64,000 nt of DNA from NCBI GenBank assembly GCA_030668825.1, contig DAOVET010000001.1:1-64000 (forward strand), read 5' to 3'. The notes under the pieces were generated by a model. The model saw nothing but the letters and a program-made list of their open reading frames with translations, was not told where the DNA came from and did no database searches. Source of the stretch: Candidatus Heimdallarchaeota archaeon (GTDB lineage: Archaea; Asgardarchaeota; Heimdallarchaeia; Heimdallarchaeales; Heimdallarchaeaceae). Shown in pieces: positions 62,418 through 64,000 of the stretch (position 1 is its first letter; each line of letters opens with the position of its first letter). The translations under genes and the position numbers were made by a program.

Positions 62418-62585
62418 TCTTGATTAGATGTTATAAGTACAAACGCGCTCTTAAAAATTCTTTGGAACATTGCTATAGCGCAAAACATAGAATCCATTTT
62501 ATCATTCTCGCCCTTCAAATTATCATAAAACTAGTGGAGTAGCAATGATATATGAAATTCTATCTTTTTACAAGTAATATAAATT

Positions 62586-62712
62586 GACACCGGTGGACAG
62601 GGGATGTTTACCTATCTCCGTCCCAAATACTACTCTTGACATCCCTGTTATCATCTGCGGTAACAAATTTGACCTTAACGAAGCTCGTACTCTTGATAAA
62701 GATACTATTTAA
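62586..62712 (+). pseudogene. Fragment of a different Rab-like GTPase (G3 and G4 pieces)
   Basis: 62586-62636 reads DTGGQGMFTYLRPKYYS; 62638-62712 in another frame reads DIPVIICGNKFDLNEARTLDKDTI*. Confidence 0.75.
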
Positions 62713-62725
62713 ATTATATTCGTCT

Positions 62726-63055
62726 CAAGAAGTTTTCAGACAAATCAGAAGTAAATATTTCTTTGGAAGCAAAGGTGCTTTAGCTATTTGTGATGCCTCT
62801 AATTCTGAATCTTTTAAGAATATCCCCTCGTGGGTTGAATCTTTTAAAAAGGAAGTGGGAGATAAGCCTATCATTTTTCTAGCAAATAAATGTGATTTGA
62901 AGGATCAACAAGTCACTGAGGATGACATGAAACAATTGGTTAAGGATTACAGTAACACTGAATATCTGTATTCCTCTGCAAAAGATGGAACAAATGCTGA
63001 AAAAGCTTTCATCAACTTAACCAGACTTATGGTTGCTGAAGAAGATATAGTATAG
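62726..63055 (+). pseudogene. Displaced 3' half of the Rab-like GTPase gene
   Basis: QEVFRQIRSKYFFGSKGALAICD...MVAEEDIV aligns without gaps to aa 67-175 of 43529-44056 (about 84/109 identical by hand count); no G1/G2 upstream. Confidence 0.9.
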
Positions 63056-63239
63056 TTATTTGAATAATTCTCTTAATCCGTTTGAGCTTCTTTCTTTATA
63101 AGGTTCAAAGCAAGAGTGATTTCCCAAAAAAACCTAATTCTTATAGTTTATCCATAAATTTCTGAAAATCACTAATCTAAGAAACCTTTTTATTATTGAA
63201 GGAGAGTTTTATTTTTGAGAATCTAAAAGGCGAACAACA

Positions 63240-64000
63240 ATGAAAAAAAGTATCCTAATTTTTATCTGTCTTTTTCTTTTCTTACCTTCTATTACTCAAA
63301 TTAATGCTCAAAATCCAGATCCATTTTTCTCTCTTTCTTTCCTAACTCCAAATACTTCAACTGAAAGAATTGAATGGTCAGAGCTAATAGCTCAAGAGCT
63401 TGGACAAATAGGTGTTGAAGTTAATTTGAACAATATTACTGGCTGGTCTGGAATTGGTTCCAGAACTTGGGGTTATCCATTAATTGATTATGACTACATA
63501 CCACCTTATGATGAAGGCGGCTACGATGTATTATTTATGGGATGGAATGATTATTTTGATTGGAATCCCGAAGCCTGGTTTGCTTCAGAAAGTATAGTAC
63601 CTTATGGTGATAATTTCTATCAATACAACAATACTCAGTTTGACCAAAAACTAACTGAATATCTTTTAGAAGCTAATATCACTACTAGAATTGAAAAAGG
63701 GAAAGAACTACAAGGTATTATTTATGAAGATCAACCCGCTATAGGAATTGTATACTTAAAACATGTCTATGGATTCAATGAAAATATAGTAGGTATGGAT
63801 ACTACTCTGTTCGGTCAAGCTTCTGATCAAACTCAGTTTTGGGATGTTCCGAGTGATCACAATCTTACTTTTGTTTCTCCCACAGTTTTTTACGACAATA
63901 ATATCTTTCGTGCCAGTTCATACTTTGATGCACAATGGATGCAAGCTGTTTATGGTTCTTTATTAAGAAGATCTCAAAATTCTCATCTTTTTGAACCTGA
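63240..64000 (+). CDS. ABC transporter substrate-binding protein, family 5 (Opp/Dpp-like), runs off the window
   Basis: Not in the ORF track. ATG 63240 gives MKKSILIFICLFLFLP..., IAQELGQIGVEV, GGYDVLFMGW, NFYQYNN, LQGIIYEDQPAI; frame open to the window end. Confidence 0.85.
   Translation, partial: MKKSILIFICLFLFLPSITQINAQNPDPFFSLSFLTPNTSTERIEWSELIAQELGQIGVEVNLNNITGWSGIGSRTWGYPLIDYDYIPPYDEGGYDVLFMGWNDYFDWNPEAWFASESIVPYGDNFYQYNNTQFDQKLTEYLLEANITTRIEKGKELQGIIYEDQPAIGIVYLKHVYGFNENIVGMDTTLFGQASDQTQFWDVPSDHNLTFVSPTVFYDNNIFRASSYFDAQWMQAVYGSLLRRSQNSHLFEP

Larger units (their letters stand above)
43727..62725. mobile_element. Putative genomic island inserted in the Rab-like GTPase gene
   Basis: Bounded by diverged direct copies of the GTPase 3' half (43727-44056 and 62726-63055); cargo of orphans, nucleases and gene fragments; no integrase seen. 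Confidence 0.6.

Noticed and set aside
62636-62725. N-terminal 30 aa of the 139-aa ORF-track call
   Set aside because: An off-frame reading of the GTPase remnant with a TTG start; only 62726-63055 is homologous to the GTPase
43727-62725. Intact provirus, casposon or conjugative element
   Set aside because: No capsid, terminase, polymerase, Cas1, relaxase or recombinase motifs recognised
1-64000. CRISPR array, tRNA or rRNA genes
   Set aside because: No regularly spaced repeats or cloverleaf/rRNA signatures seen in the intergenic regions; manual reading could miss a split or intron-containing tRNA

Overview
AT-rich archaeal DNA. Class I LysRS, geranylgeranyl reductase, Rpo6 and eL42 occur together with eukaryote-signature proteins (Arf-like and Rab-like GTPases, a longin domain), which points to an Asgard archaeon, probably Heimdallarchaeia-like (inference). 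About 1-43.7 kb is mostly core genome. It holds lysS, two processive GT2 genes plus a GT-C gene, two FtsX/MacB permeases, ahcY, sucCD, rpl44e, rpoK, an apparently inactive NSUN6-like protein, a 1924-aa Lhr with a coupled AlkZ-like partner, MEMO1, two tnpB-only elements (one frameshifted) and an intergenic box C/D guide RNA. The main observation is a ~19 kb accessory island (about 43.7-62.7 kb; nucleases, OLD ATPase, S8 protease, beta-helix surface proteins, orphans). It is bracketed by two diverged, equal-length (330 nt) copies of the 3' half of a Rab-like GTPase gene, both starting at the G3 Gln codon. More GTPase remnants, also starting at about G3, sit at the right border. This suggests elements that insert at the G3 motif of small-GTPase genes and swap their C-terminal halves. 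I saw no integrase, tRNA, rRNA or CRISPR array. All calls come from reading motifs by eye; no searches were run.
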